Source: Dehalococcoidia bacterium
Lineage (GTDB): Bacteria; Chloroflexota; Dehalococcoidia; Lucifugimonadales; JADFKI01
Length of the DNA: 64,000 nucleotides
NCBI GenBank assembly: GCA_965242555.1
Contig: CBDESO010000003.1
Coordinates: 251,385 to 315,384, forward strand
Direction: 5' to 3'
In this document: positions 8,063 through 17,475 of the stretch, piece after piece
Position numbering within the stretch: the stretch's first letter is position 1
How the letters are laid out: every line of letters starts with the position of its first letter
Program-made: the position numbers and the translations under genes
Notes under the pieces: model-generated
What the model saw: the letters and a program-made list of their open reading frames with translations, nothing else
Databases searched by the model: none
What the model was told of the DNA's origin: nothing

Positions 8063-9079
8063 ATGCGAAACCGACTTGTTTTCGTCCGCAACACAAACGC
8101 GCCTGAGCTCATAGAGATGTTCCTGGTGGCAAGCGCCGCCTCAGTGCTCGGCATACGCGGCTTTCTGGCGGCGACGGGCTACCCGTCCATAGGCGGCGGC
8201 GGCTTGCACATCGCGCATATGCTTTGGGGCGGCTTGTTTATGCTGCTCGCCCTGCTGTTGCTATTCTCAAGCCTAGGGCAGGTCTCACTGCGAATATCCG
8301 CCATACTCGGCGGCATAGGGTTCGGCACATTCATTGACGAACTCGGCAAGTTCATAACCAGCGACAACAACTACTTCTTCTCGCCCACCATCGGGCTGAT
8401 ATACATCATCTTCATATCCATATTTCTGGTGATGCGCGTGCTTGCGCGGCGGCAGGCGGTCAGCCCCCACGCGGCGCTGTCCAACGCGCTTAACCGCCTG
8501 GAATTGGTTGGCGGCGGCGCTATGGGCAGATCCAAGCGCCAAGAAATCATCGGCTTGCTTGACCGCGCCGACCCGGCCGACCCGCTGGCGCGAACCCTGC
8601 GCGAGTACATCCAGGGCAGCGCCGCAACCGCGTCCGACGACCCCGGCATCTATATGCGCTCGCGCGAGTGGATGCTGCGGGCATATGAGCGCGTCGCCCT
8701 CAACCGCTGGTTCATCGCGGGCATCGTGGTCGTCCTCGTGGCGCTGTCTCTCGCGCAGATAGGCCAAATCATCGCGCTGCTATTCCAGCAGCAGAGCGCC
8801 GAGCTCGCCTTCTCAGGCTGGGCGCGCCTGGCGTCCGCGGGCGCCGCGTCCCTGCTCACCCTGTTCGGCGCGTACCGCCTCCGCGTATCCCGCCTCAGCG
8901 CCTATCTCTGGTTCCAGCGCGGCGCGCTCGTGGGCATATTCATCACCCAAATGTTCGCGTTCTTCGAGATGCAGCTCGCCGCCCTAGCGGGCCTTACGCT
9001 AGAGATCCTAATCTACGCCGCGCTAAGCTTTATGATAGAGTTCGAGCAGCGCGCCCAGCCGGATGCGGCCGACGACTAG
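8063..9079 (+). CDS. Polytopic integral membrane protein, unknown function
   Basis: Multiple hydrophobic helices (LHIAHMLWGGLFMLLALLLLF, GLIYIIFISIFLVM, FIAGIVVVLVALSLAQIGQIIALL). AAGGAGG lies 8 nt before the ATG. Confidence 0.6.
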   Translation: MRNRLVFVRNTNAPELIEMFLVASAASVLGIRGFLAATGYPSIGGGGLHIAHMLWGGLFMLLALLLLFSSLGQVSLRISAILGGIGFGTFIDELGKFITSDNNYFFSPTIGLIYIIFISIFLVMRVLARRQAVSPHAALSNALNRLELVGGGAMGRSKRQEIIGLLDRADPADPLARTLREYIQGSAATASDDPGIYMRSREWMLRAYERVALNRWFIAGIVVVLVALSLAQIGQIIALLFQQQSAELAFSGWARLASAGAASLLTLFGAYRLRVSRLSAYLWFQRGALVGIFITQMFAFFEMQLAALAGLTLEILIYAALSFMIEFEQRAQPDAADD

Positions 9080-9216
9080 CGCAGACTAGCCAATCGCCCG
9101 CCGCCTAGACAATCGCAGATCCCCGCTTGCCAATCCCAAGCATCCAACAGGACATCCAACGCCAAGCCCTCTAATAAAACAGCCCAGCGCGCCAGCCAAT
9201 CGCAACAAAGGACGCC

Positions 9217-10899
9217 ATGACTACCGCTATGACTACAACCGATTCGTCCAATTTCATACAGCAAGCCGTCAATGATGACAACGCCGCCGGCAGGTTCGGC
9301 GGGCGCGTCCACACCCGCTTTCCCCCGGAGCCCAACGGCTATTTGCACATCGGACACGCCAAGTCCATCTGCCTCAACTTCGCGCTGGCGGCGGAGTTCG
9401 GCGGGCTGTGCAACCTGCGCTTTGACGACACCAATCCCGCCAAAGAGAGCGTGGAATATGTGGAATCCCAAAAGCGCGATGTGCGCTGGCTGGGCTTTGA
9501 CTGGCAAGACCGCGAGTTCTACGCATCCGACTACTTCGCCGAACTCTACGAATTCGCCAAGCGCATGACGCTTGAGGGCAAGGCGTATGTGGACAGCCTA
9601 TCCCAAGACGAAATCCGCGAACATCGCGGCACGTTGACGCAGCCCGGCAAGCCAAGCCCCGACCGCGACCGCTCGCCTGAGGACAACCTGGCGCTGCTGG
9701 AGCGAATGAAAGCGGGCGAGTTCGCCGAGGGCGAGTTCGTCCTGCGCGCCAAGATTGATATGGCGTCCCCCAACCTGAATATGCGCGATCCGGTGATGTA
9801 TCGCATAATGGACGCCGAGCATCACCGCACCGGCGGCGACTGGCGCATCTACCCGATGTACGATTTCGCGCACGGGCAATCCGACTCAATTGAGGGCATC
9901 ACCCACTCCATCTGCACAATGGAATACGAAGACCACCGCCCGCTCTACGACTGGTTTCTGCGGGAATTAGACTTGTACGCGCCCCGCCAGATAGAGTTCG
10001 CGCGCCTAAACCTGAGCAACACCGTCCTCAGCAAGCGCCGCCTGCTGCAGCTTGTGGACGGCGGCCACGTAAGCGGCTGGACAGACCCCAGAATGCCCAC
10101 CCTAGCCGGCTTGCGGCGGCGCGGCTACACGCCCGAGGCCATCCGCGATTTCTGCGACCGCATAGGCGTCGCCAAAAACGACGCCATCATAGACATACGC
10201 CTGCTAGAACACAGCCTCCGCGACCACCTAAACAAAACCGCCCCTCGCGCAATGGCGGTTCTGCGCCCGCTAAAAGTAGTCATCACCAACTTCCCCGACG
10301 GCGAAACCGACTGGCTTGACGCAATCAACAACCCCGAAGACCCATCCGCCGGAACGCGCCAAGTCCCGTTTTCGCGCGTCCTCTACATAGAGCGCGACGA
10401 CTTCATGGAAAACCCGCCGCGCCGTTTCTACCGCCTCGCCCCCGGCCGCGAAGTGCGCCTGCGCTACGGCTACTTCATCCGCTGCGAAGACATCATCCGC
10501 GACGCCTCCGGCGAAATAACCGAACTGCATTGCACATACGACCCCGCCACGCGCGGCGGCTCCTCCCCTGACGGCCGCAAAGTTCGCTCCACCCTCCACT
10601 GGGTATCCGCCGCCCACGCCATAGACGCCGAGGTTCGCCTCTACGACCACCTCTTTACCCGCTGGAATCCGGATGAAGACGCCGATGAGGGCGGCTGGCT
10701 ATCCGCCCTAAACCCCGAATCTCTGGTGACCATAGACGGGGCTAAGCTGGAGCCTAGTCTGAGCGCCGCAACGCCCGGCAGCCGCTACCAGTTTGAGCGG
10801 CTGGGCTATTTTTGCGCTGACGCCGAGGACTCGGTTCCGGGGCGGCCGGTGTTTAATCGCGCGGTTACGCTGCGGGATAGCTACGCGCGGGGGCGGTAG
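9217..10899 (+). CDS. glnS: Glutamine--tRNA ligase
   Basis: [17 protein letters not shown] (HIGH), [10 protein letters not shown] and [11 protein letters not shown] (KMSKS-like). Length and C-terminal anticodon-binding region are typical. Confidence 0.9.
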   Translation: MTTAMTTTDSSNFIQQAVNDDNAAGRFGGRVHTRFPPEPNGYLHIGHAKSICLNFALAAEFGGLCNLRFDDTNPAKESVEYVESQKRDVRWLGFDWQDREFYASDYFAELYEFAKRMTLEGKAYVDSLSQDEIREHRGTLTQPGKPSPDRDRSPEDNLALLERMKAGEFAEGEFVLRAKIDMASPNLNMRDPVMYRIMDAEHHRTGGDWRIYPMYDFAHGQSDSIEGITHSICTMEYEDHRPLYDWFLRELDLYAPRQIEFARLNLSNTVLSKRRLLQLVDGGHVSGWTDPRMPTLAGLRRRGYTPEAIRDFCDRIGVAKNDAIIDIRLLEHSLRDHLNKTAPRAMAVLRPLKVVITNFPDGETDWLDAINNPEDPSAGTRQVPFSRVLYIERDDFMENPPRRFYRLAPGREVRLRYGYFIRCEDIIRDASGEITELHCTYDPATRGGSSPDGRKVRSTLHWVSAAHAIDAEVRLYDHLFTRWNPDEDADEGGWLSALNPESLVTIDGAKLEPSLSAATPGSRYQFERLGYFCADAEDSVPGRPVFNRAVTLRDSYARGR

Positions 10900-11038
10900 G
10901 GGGTAGGGGCGTTTCCAGTTGAGTGGGCGAGCGTATTTGCCGTTGCTGCCGGTTGGGCGCGTGTCAAGGGTGATTTTGAAATTGGCGATATGCGCTATGA
11001 GGCAATGTGCGCTATAATAGGGGCGCAGGAGGCGCGCA

Positions 11039-12349
11039 ATGGTAGCTGAGATACGAACTTCGCAGGATCTGCTGGATCTGCTTGACAACAACGAAGAGTT
11101 TCGGCGGGCGGCGCAGCGGGCGCTGCTGACTGACGGCCTGCTGGAGTTGCCCGATATTGTGCGGGAGATGCAGCAGACGCAAAGGCTGATGATCCAGCAG
11201 ATAGCTCAGGTGGCTGAGCGAATGGATCGGATGGAAGAGCGGCAGGATCGCATGGAAGATCTGCTGGCGCGGGTTGTTGCTCAACAGGAATTGACCAAAG
11301 AGCGGATTGACCGTATGGACGCGCGGTTTGAGCAAGTTGCCGCTGAAATGGCGAGCATGAACAAGCGGATTGGCGACCTTGACGGGCGAGTTGACAGCAT
11401 AGACAGGCGGGTTGGCGATATTGACGGGCGAGTTGACAACATTGACAAGCGGGTTGGCGATATTGACGGGCGGCTGAGGGGCTGGGAGCTGGAGCGCGAG
11501 TCGATCAGAAAGTTGCTGCCGCGGCTGGCGCGAGAGTACGACGTGCGACGCATAAGAGCGGTTAGCGCGGATTCGCACAGGTCCGCCATTAGGGTGAATG
11601 ATGTCTGGGAGGCGCGGTTTGAGGAGGCGGTTACCGAGGCGTTTGACGCGGAGCGCATCACGGCGGCAGAGGATGGCTTGCTTGACAGAACCGATATTGT
11701 CGCGCGAGGGCTACGCATAGACGACGGGTCTGATCTATGGTTCGTGGTTCAGGCGTCCGTCACTATTGATAACGATGACATTGATCGGGCGGCGGCGGGC
11801 GCGGTTGCGCTGCGAAAGGTGAGTGGCGATGACGCGGCGGCGGTGGTTTATGGGCGGCGCATTGCGGCGCAGCAGCGGGTTCGGGCCGACGATCTTGATG
11901 TGGCGGTGATGCTGGATGATGAGGGCGAACAGGCGATGGCCGCGGCAACTCCGCCTAGCCCATCGCTGGGCGCGCCAAGCGACGGCTGGCAGTCGCTATC
12001 TGACATTCGCCCCAAACCAGGCGATCGCAAGCCAAGGCAAATGATGCTACCTGATAATTCGGTAGTTGCCATACGGCTTTGGAACCATGTGGGGCTCGAA
12101 GTAGTTCGGTGGCTCACAAACAACGGGCGTTTAGACGCGAGCCACTGCCCTATCCGACATGATGCGTCGAAGTACATCGTTGACGTTCAGCCAACACATC
12201 CGGGCAACAGAGGCGGATTCGTGAAGACGCAAGAAGTGAATTCGCTCCATGTTGACCTGCACTATAACGCCTCGCACGCGGCAAATAACGCGAGGATCAT
12301 CATTGGGCGCGCGGGAATGGACGCATCCCAATTCAAGCTGCGCTGGTAG
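11039..12349 (+). CDS. Coiled-coil protein with RVGDIDG heptad repeats, a nuclease-like central module and a unique C-terminal domain
   Basis: RIGDLDGRVDSIDRRVGDIDGRVDNIDKRVGDIDGRL, then ...DGSDLWFVVQASVTIDNDDIDRAAAGAVAL..., a layout recalled from DUF3782-type proteins. AGGAGG precedes the ATG. Confidence 0.5.
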   Translation: MVAEIRTSQDLLDLLDNNEEFRRAAQRALLTDGLLELPDIVREMQQTQRLMIQQIAQVAERMDRMEERQDRMEDLLARVVAQQELTKERIDRMDARFEQVAAEMASMNKRIGDLDGRVDSIDRRVGDIDGRVDNIDKRVGDIDGRLRGWELERESIRKLLPRLAREYDVRRIRAVSADSHRSAIRVNDVWEARFEEAVTEAFDAERITAAEDGLLDRTDIVARGLRIDDGSDLWFVVQASVTIDNDDIDRAAAGAVALRKVSGDDAAAVVYGRRIAAQQRVRADDLDVAVMLDDEGEQAMAAATPPSPSLGAPSDGWQSLSDIRPKPGDRKPRQMMLPDNSVVAIRLWNHVGLEVVRWLTNNGRLDASHCPIRHDASKYIVDVQPTHPGNRGGFVKTQEVNSLHVDLHYNASHAANNARIIIGRAGMDASQFKLRW

Positions 12350-12466
12350 CCGAGCGCGCCTTGACGCGCGGCGCTTTGGCGGGCTTTGTTGGGATGATAC
12401 GCCGCTTTCATTCCCCCCCACGCCGCGCGAAACGCGCGGCAATTTTGATTTGCGCTAAACTTTTTG

Positions 12467-12496
12467 TTGACAATACTTTGTGAAACCCTATACAAT
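12467..12496 (+). promoter_or_regulatory. Sigma70-like promoter (TTGACA-18 nt-TACAAT) upstream of the aro leader
   Basis: TTGACA 12467-12472, TACAAT 12491-12496. Confidence 0.5.
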
Positions 12497-12503
12497 ATCC
12501 CCG

Positions 12504-12596
12504 ATGTGTAACTCAACCAATTCGCGGCCCCGCGCCAGCTACGCCTATTATTACTTTACCGACGCATATACCGTCGGCGGAGGCTTGGCGTCTTAA
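12504..12596 (+). CDS. Candidate 30-codon leader peptide rich in Tyr/Phe (MCNSTNSRPRASYAYYYFTDAYTVGGGLAS)
   Basis: Hand translation. Five Tyr and one Phe fall within 11 residues, between a promoter and an intrinsic terminator upstream of DAHP synthase. There is no SD, and the ATG lies ~8 nt after the -10, so translation would be leaderless. Confidence 0.4.
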   Translation: MCNSTNSRPRASYAYYYFTDAYTVGGGLAS

Positions 12597-12628
12597 CTGG
12601 ACTGCGATACCACACAAGGCAATCAAGA

Positions 12629-12658
12629 CCCCAGCCGGCGGCGCTGGGGTTTTTGTTT
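12629..12658 (+). terminator. Rho-independent terminator (attenuator candidate)
   Basis: Stem CCCCAGC (12629-35) / GCTGGGG (12643-49), 7-nt loop, then TTTTTGTTT. Confidence 0.65.
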
Positions 12659-12848
12659 GCCATTCCCACGCATCCGCCAAAGCGCGCGCGGCGAGGATAG
12701 CGCAACAACCGCATAGCGACCGAATAGGCAATCCAAGTTAGCAAGGCATTAGACAAGCAAAGCGTTTAGCAAGGCAAAGCATCAAGCGAACAAAGCGTTA
12801 AACAAGGCAAAGCGCGATAGGCGCAGAAAGGAAAGAGAGGCAACCGCA

Positions 12849-13928
12849 ATGCAACCATCACCGGCGAGGGATGTGAATGTGATGAGCACCGAACCGCTTG
12901 TCAGCCCCGTGGGGCTTGTCAACGAACTGCCGCTGACCGAAGACGTGGAGGCGGTCGTGCTGGAGGGCAGGCGACAGATCCAGGCAATCCTGCGGGGAGA
13001 CGACGAGCGATTCATGGTCATCACGGGCCCATGCTCGGTTCACGACGAGGGCGCGGCGATAGAGTACGCGCAGCGGCTGAAGGAACTGCAAGACGCCCTC
13101 GCCGACCGCATGCTCATCGTGATGCGCGTGTATTTCGAAAAGCCGCGCACAACGGTCGGGTGGAAAGGGATGATCTACGATCCCTATCTCAACGACACAT
13201 TCGACATCGGCGAGGGCTTGCGGCGCGCGCGCAAGATGCTGCTGCGTATCGGCGAAATGGGCGTCTATACCGCCACCGAGTTCCTGGATCCCATCGTGCC
13301 GCAGTATCTCGCCGGGCTGGTTTCGTGGGCGGCTATCGGCGCGCGCACTACCGAAAGCCAAACCCATCGCCAAATGGCGAGCGGCCTCAGCATGCCCGTC
13401 GGGTTCAAGAACGGCACCGACGGCGACGCGCAAATCGCGGTGGACGCTATGGTTTCGGCGCGCTCCGAACACGCCTTTCTGGGCATTGACCACTACGGGC
13501 AGACCTGCGTGGTTCACACAACCGGCAACCCGTATGGGCATCTGGTTATGCGCGGCGGCAGGGATGGGCCGAACTACACGCCTGAGGCTATCGCGGCGGC
13601 GCAGGCGCTGCTCGGCAAGGCGGACGCGCCCTCGCAGCTGCTTGTGGACTGCTCGCACGGCAACTCCAACAAAGACCACACGCGCCAGAACATCGCGCTG
13701 CACTCCATCATAGAGCAGCGCATCGCGGGCAATGACGGCATCATTGGCTGCATGATGGAAAGCAACCTAAACCCCGGCAGCCAGAGCATCAACGGCTCGC
13801 TGACTGAGCTGGAATACGGCGTATCGGTGACGGATTCCTGCATCGGCTGGGACGAAACCGAGGCGCTGCTGCGGGAGGCGCATGAGCAGCTCGCGCCGGT
13901 GGTGCGGCAGGCGGCGCTCGTAGGGTAG
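12849..13928 (+). CDS. aroG: 3-deoxy-7-phosphoheptulonate (DAHP) synthase, class I (AroF/G/H type)
   Basis: RFMVITGPCSVHD, RVYFEKPRTTVGWKG, GARTTESQTHRQMASGLSMPVGFKNGTDG and LVDCSHGNS. Confidence 0.9.
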   Translation: MQPSPARDVNVMSTEPLVSPVGLVNELPLTEDVEAVVLEGRRQIQAILRGDDERFMVITGPCSVHDEGAAIEYAQRLKELQDALADRMLIVMRVYFEKPRTTVGWKGMIYDPYLNDTFDIGEGLRRARKMLLRIGEMGVYTATEFLDPIVPQYLAGLVSWAAIGARTTESQTHRQMASGLSMPVGFKNGTDGDAQIAVDAMVSARSEHAFLGIDHYGQTCVVHTTGNPYGHLVMRGGRDGPNYTPEAIAAAQALLGKADAPSQLLVDCSHGNSNKDHTRQNIALHSIIEQRIAGNDGIIGCMMESNLNPGSQSINGSLTELEYGVSVTDSCIGWDETEALLREAHEQLAPVVRQAALVG

Positions 13929-14064
13929 GGGCAAACCCTTATCGCGCAGCCTATCGCATAGATAGCCGCAACAACAAAATACGCGAACCGCAAGCCCCGC
14001 CTTGACCGCTGACAAGGCGGCAAGGCGGGGCAAGCCCATTCCCGCAATCATCCCGGAGGCAAAT

Positions 14065-14910
14065 ATGAGCGCTGACACCGGCAGGTTTCACGGCAAGGCG
14101 GCGATAGTCACGGGCGGCGCTATGGGCATAGGCGGCGCAACCGCCCGGCGGCTCGCCGCGGACGGCGCGAGCGTACTGGTGGCGGACATCGATCTGCAGG
14201 CGGCCCAAGCCAACGTTGCCACCATACGCGCGGCTGGCGGAGTGGCGGATGCTTTCGCCGCGGACGTCGGCAAATCCGAAGACATCGCCGCTATGGTCGC
14301 CCGCGCCGCCGACCTCTGGGGCAGGCTGGACATCCTGGTCAACAACGCATACAGCCCCACCGATGAGACTGACGGCGACGCGCTCACCGTCAGCGAGGAT
14401 GCATGGGACGCGGGAATGGCGACGCTAGTCAAGGCGCACTTCCTAGCCGCCAAATACGCCGTCCCCCATATGCGCGCCAGCGGCGGCGGCAGCATCGTCA
14501 ACATATCCTCCGTTCACGGCTTGCTAATGGCGCCCCGCAAGCTCATCTACGAGGCGGGCAAATCGGCGGTAATCGGCATAACCAAGCAGATGGCGATAGA
14601 CTTCGGCCCCCTCGGCATCCGCGTCAACGCCATCTGCCCCGGCCACATCGTAACCGAGCGCCAGCGCGAAAACTGGGACAGCAACCCGTCCGGCCTGCGC
14701 TACTTCCAAGACCAATACCCCGTCCGGCGCGTAGGAACCCCCGACGACATAGCCAACGCGGTGGCGTTCCTATGCTCCGCCGACGCCTCATTCATCACCG
14801 GCCACGCGCTAGTGGTGGACGGCGGTCTAACCATCCAGCTCCAAGAAGACTTCAGCGTCCGCCAAGCCCACTACCTCCGCCAAAACCCCGAAACGCGGCT
14901 GCCGTATTGA
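14065..14910 (+). CDS. SDR-family oxidoreductase
   Basis: Internal ATG after GGAGG. TGGAMGIGGATARRLAADGASVLVAD (TGxxxGxG) and YEAGKSAV (YxxxK). Confidence 0.85.
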   Translation: MSADTGRFHGKAAIVTGGAMGIGGATARRLAADGASVLVADIDLQAAQANVATIRAAGGVADAFAADVGKSEDIAAMVARAADLWGRLDILVNNAYSPTDETDGDALTVSEDAWDAGMATLVKAHFLAAKYAVPHMRASGGGSIVNISSVHGLLMAPRKLIYEAGKSAVIGITKQMAIDFGPLGIRVNAICPGHIVTERQRENWDSNPSGLRYFQDQYPVRRVGTPDDIANAVAFLCSADASFITGHALVVDGGLTIQLQEDFSVRQAHYLRQNPETRLPY

Positions 14911-15006
14911 CGCGCCGTGATACGATACCCCGTGATACCTTGTGATGGCGATGCCAAGCGGATACCCTGCCCGATTGCCGCGCCGCGCACTGCCCTGTGA
15001 TGCCCG

Positions 15007-15552
15007 ATGAACACGCTGCCCGACTACCTGCGCCCCGGCTTGGACATAGTGCTGGTTGGGCTAAACCCAAGCGTAGCGTCCGCCGAGTCTGGGCGCTACT
15101 TCGCCTCGCCGCGCAACCGCTTTTGGCGCGCCCTGGAATGCGCCGGAATCTTCGCCGCGCCGCCGGGCGCAAGCCCTGAACGCTCTTTGCTGGCGCAAGG
15201 CATCGGATTGACAGACGTCGTCAAGCGCCCCACGCGCGGCGCGTCCGACCTGCGCGCCGCCGACTACCGCCGCTGGGCGCCCGTCCTGCGCGCCAAGCTG
15301 CAGCGGTATCGGCCGCAAATCGTCTGCTTTCACGGCGCGGTGGCGTACAGGGCATACCTGCGCTACGGCGAGGGCGAGCGCCCGGCCGCCCTCAGGCTTG
15401 GCTTGCAGGCGCGGCGCATTGGGGAGGCGCGGGTGTATCTCGTGCCTAACCCAAGCCCCGCCAACGCGGCGTACTCGCTTGCTGAGCTGGCGCGCTGGTA
15501 TCGGCGGTTGTGGGCGCTGAGGGATGATATGCGAGATAGGGAGGATGGGTGA
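15007..15552 (+). CDS. mug: G/U mismatch-specific uracil-DNA glycosylase (Mug/TDG family)
   Basis: DIVLVGLNPS, SGRYFASPRNRFW, GIGLTDVVKRPT and LVPNPSPANA. Confidence 0.8.
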   Translation: MNTLPDYLRPGLDIVLVGLNPSVASAESGRYFASPRNRFWRALECAGIFAAPPGASPERSLLAQGIGLTDVVKRPTRGASDLRAADYRRWAPVLRAKLQRYRPQIVCFHGAVAYRAYLRYGEGERPAALRLGLQARRIGEARVYLVPNPSPANAAYSLAELARWYRRLWALRDDMRDREDG

Positions 15553-15632
15553 TGGCGTGGACGTTGTTACCCAGTTTCCCCATTTAGTCTTCCCCTGTAT
15601 TATCAGAGTGAACTAGAAATAGGAACGGGCAT

Positions 15633-16418
15633 CTAATCGCAATCGTCCAGATAGATTGTGTATGGGATATAGTTGCCTACCGTACACTCCGCTCTCACGG
15701 TGTCTCCTGAGTTTAGATCGAGTAGCCATCTTGTGGGCAATCCTTTCAGAGCGACTTCGTCTAAAACTCCGACGTCGAGATACACTGTATCGTTGACGAT
15801 ACGTCCAACTAACCCATATGTGATGATGCGCTTATCCTTATACATATGAGCGAATCGCGTAGCGTCATTCTCGCGCTCCGCATACAACTTTGTCGCAGAT
15901 ATAATCTGCACATTGCGCGCGGCTGTGGGAGTGTTTTGGACAATTGGTTGAGGTTCGATTCTCTGGGATTCGGATCGTGAGGTAATTTCAACGCCTCCGA
16001 TGGGCAAGATTGCAACAAACGGAATAAGGAACGTGCCAGCCCATGCGCCTCCATAGACAAGCCACGCATCGAGGCCGCAACTCTTCTTGATTGTGCCGAC
16101 AATCATACCGATAAACCCAATTACGACAGCCCATGACAAAATGGCGAGGCCCGCGCCACCGAAGTTGTCGCCAGTCATCATAGCTACAGGCGGCCAGACG
16201 GCCACTCCTCCGTAGATGAACCATGACTTGCGATCACATCTCTTCAAGTAGAGTTGGCCAACAAGCATCCCACCTATCCCAAAGATGCTGGGCAACCCCG
16301 AAAGGACTGCCAGCCAACGCAGGTTTTTCTCTTCCGTATCGTTTATGGAATCGTTCATGGACATAAAAGGAGCCCCCTCGCGGCGCAGGATTGCATCTGT
16401 ACCAGAGAGCTTGCCCAC
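15633..16418 (-). CDS. Membrane protein with a C-terminal soluble beta-rich (OB-like?) domain, in a low-GC islet
   Basis: ORF track. Four to five hydrophobic helices, then a C-terminus KLYAERENDATRFAHMYKDKRIITYGLVGRIV...VRAECTVGNY. The region looks markedly AT-richer than its flanks by eye. Confidence 0.5.
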   Translation of the reverse strand: MGKLSGTDAILRREGAPFMSMNDSINDTEEKNLRWLAVLSGLPSIFGIGGMLVGQLYLKRCDRKSWFIYGGVAVWPPVAMMTGDNFGGAGLAILSWAVVIGFIGMIVGTIKKSCGLDAWLVYGGAWAGTFLIPFVAILPIGGVEITSRSESQRIEPQPIVQNTPTAARNVQIISATKLYAERENDATRFAHMYKDKRIITYGLVGRIVNDTVYLDVGVLDEVALKGLPTRWLLDLNSGDTVRAECTVGNYIPYTIYLDDCD

Positions 16419-16734
16419 AGGGGCCGCTTAGGGGCTTGGCATAACTATACCACTATCTCTATGGGTTGCATAAACGGGCAGGCTATTGGCATATTCATAG
16501 CCCAAACCCCCCCATCCCTTGCTACGCTTGCTATACTAACATCTTGTAGTCTCTATAATAAAGGCGATTTTCGTTAAGCAATATGCGACGAATTATGACA
16601 ACTAACATGGGGTTGCCTATGCTCCCGAAACTTTTGAACAGGAATTCAAAGCAGGTTTATCTGATTGTTAATTGTCAGAAATCCAAATGCGCCTTCCCGC
16701 TATCAGTGTACAACGAACTATTCGGAGCAAGCCT

Positions 16735-17352
16735 ATGACTAGCTGCCCGCCCGCCCAGCAGCCCATCCGCGCATTCGTCGCCATAGAGATCGGCGACGAG
16801 GCCAAGCGCGCGCTTGCGGACGCCATCGCCGCTCTGCGATCTGAGCGCATAGCGGCGCTACGTCCCGTGCGGCCTGAAGGCGTGCATCTGACGCTCAAGT
16901 TCCTGGGGGACATCGCGCCTGAGCTCGCGCCGCGCATTGGGGAGGCGCTGGCGGGCGTCGCCGCGCGATATGCGCCGTTTGGTTTGGCGCTGGGCGGGAC
17001 TGGGTTCTTTCCCGCGGGGAACGCGGGCAGGGCGCGGGCGCTGTGGGTGGGGGTTGAGGGCGATGTGGATGCGCTGCGGGAGTTGCAGGGCGATGTGGAT
17101 GGCGCGCTCGCGGCGCTGGGGTTCGCGCGGGAGCGGCAGGCGTTTCGGCCGCATCTGACGCTCGCTCGGCTGCATAACAGGGCGTCGGCGGCGGATAGAC
17201 GGCGAGCGGTTGTCGCGCTTGCGAACTATGCGTTGCCGCAAGATGTCGGCGTCCGCGCCGACGGCGTTAGCCTGATGCGGAGCGAGCTGCTGCCCGGCGG
17301 CGCGCGCTATTCGCGGATGGCGCATGCGGCGTTGCGCGGGGATGGCGGATAA
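16735..17352 (+). CDS. thpR: RNA 2',3'-cyclic phosphodiesterase (2H phosphoesterase, LigT/ThpR)
   Basis: Two HxTx motifs, HLTLKFLG and HLTLARL. IRAFVAIEI lies near the N-terminus. Confidence 0.8.
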   Translation: MTSCPPAQQPIRAFVAIEIGDEAKRALADAIAALRSERIAALRPVRPEGVHLTLKFLGDIAPELAPRIGEALAGVAARYAPFGLALGGTGFFPAGNAGRARALWVGVEGDVDALRELQGDVDGALAALGFARERQAFRPHLTLARLHNRASAADRRRAVVALANYALPQDVGVRADGVSLMRSELLPGGARYSRMAHAALRGDGG

Positions 17353-17475
17353 GCGGCTTGTGGCGCTTGCCGCTCGCTAATCCGCTTGTGGCGCATAGCC
17401 GCGTTGCCTTTGTATAATGCGTGTATAACTTTCGCGGCGCTCGCTGTCCAAGATGAGCGCAAATCCCGTTAAGCG

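Noticed and set aside
12735-12845. TRAP-like (G/U)AG triplet array in the aroG 5-prime UTR.
   Set aside because: The UAG/GAG triplets are irregularly spaced (11, 16 nt and so on), not the 2-3 nt spacers required for TRAP binding.
16430-16680. Possible ncRNA in the AT-rich gap next to thpR.
   Set aside because: No convincing conserved structure, promoter/terminator pair or known RNA motif could be read by eye. It is left unannotated.
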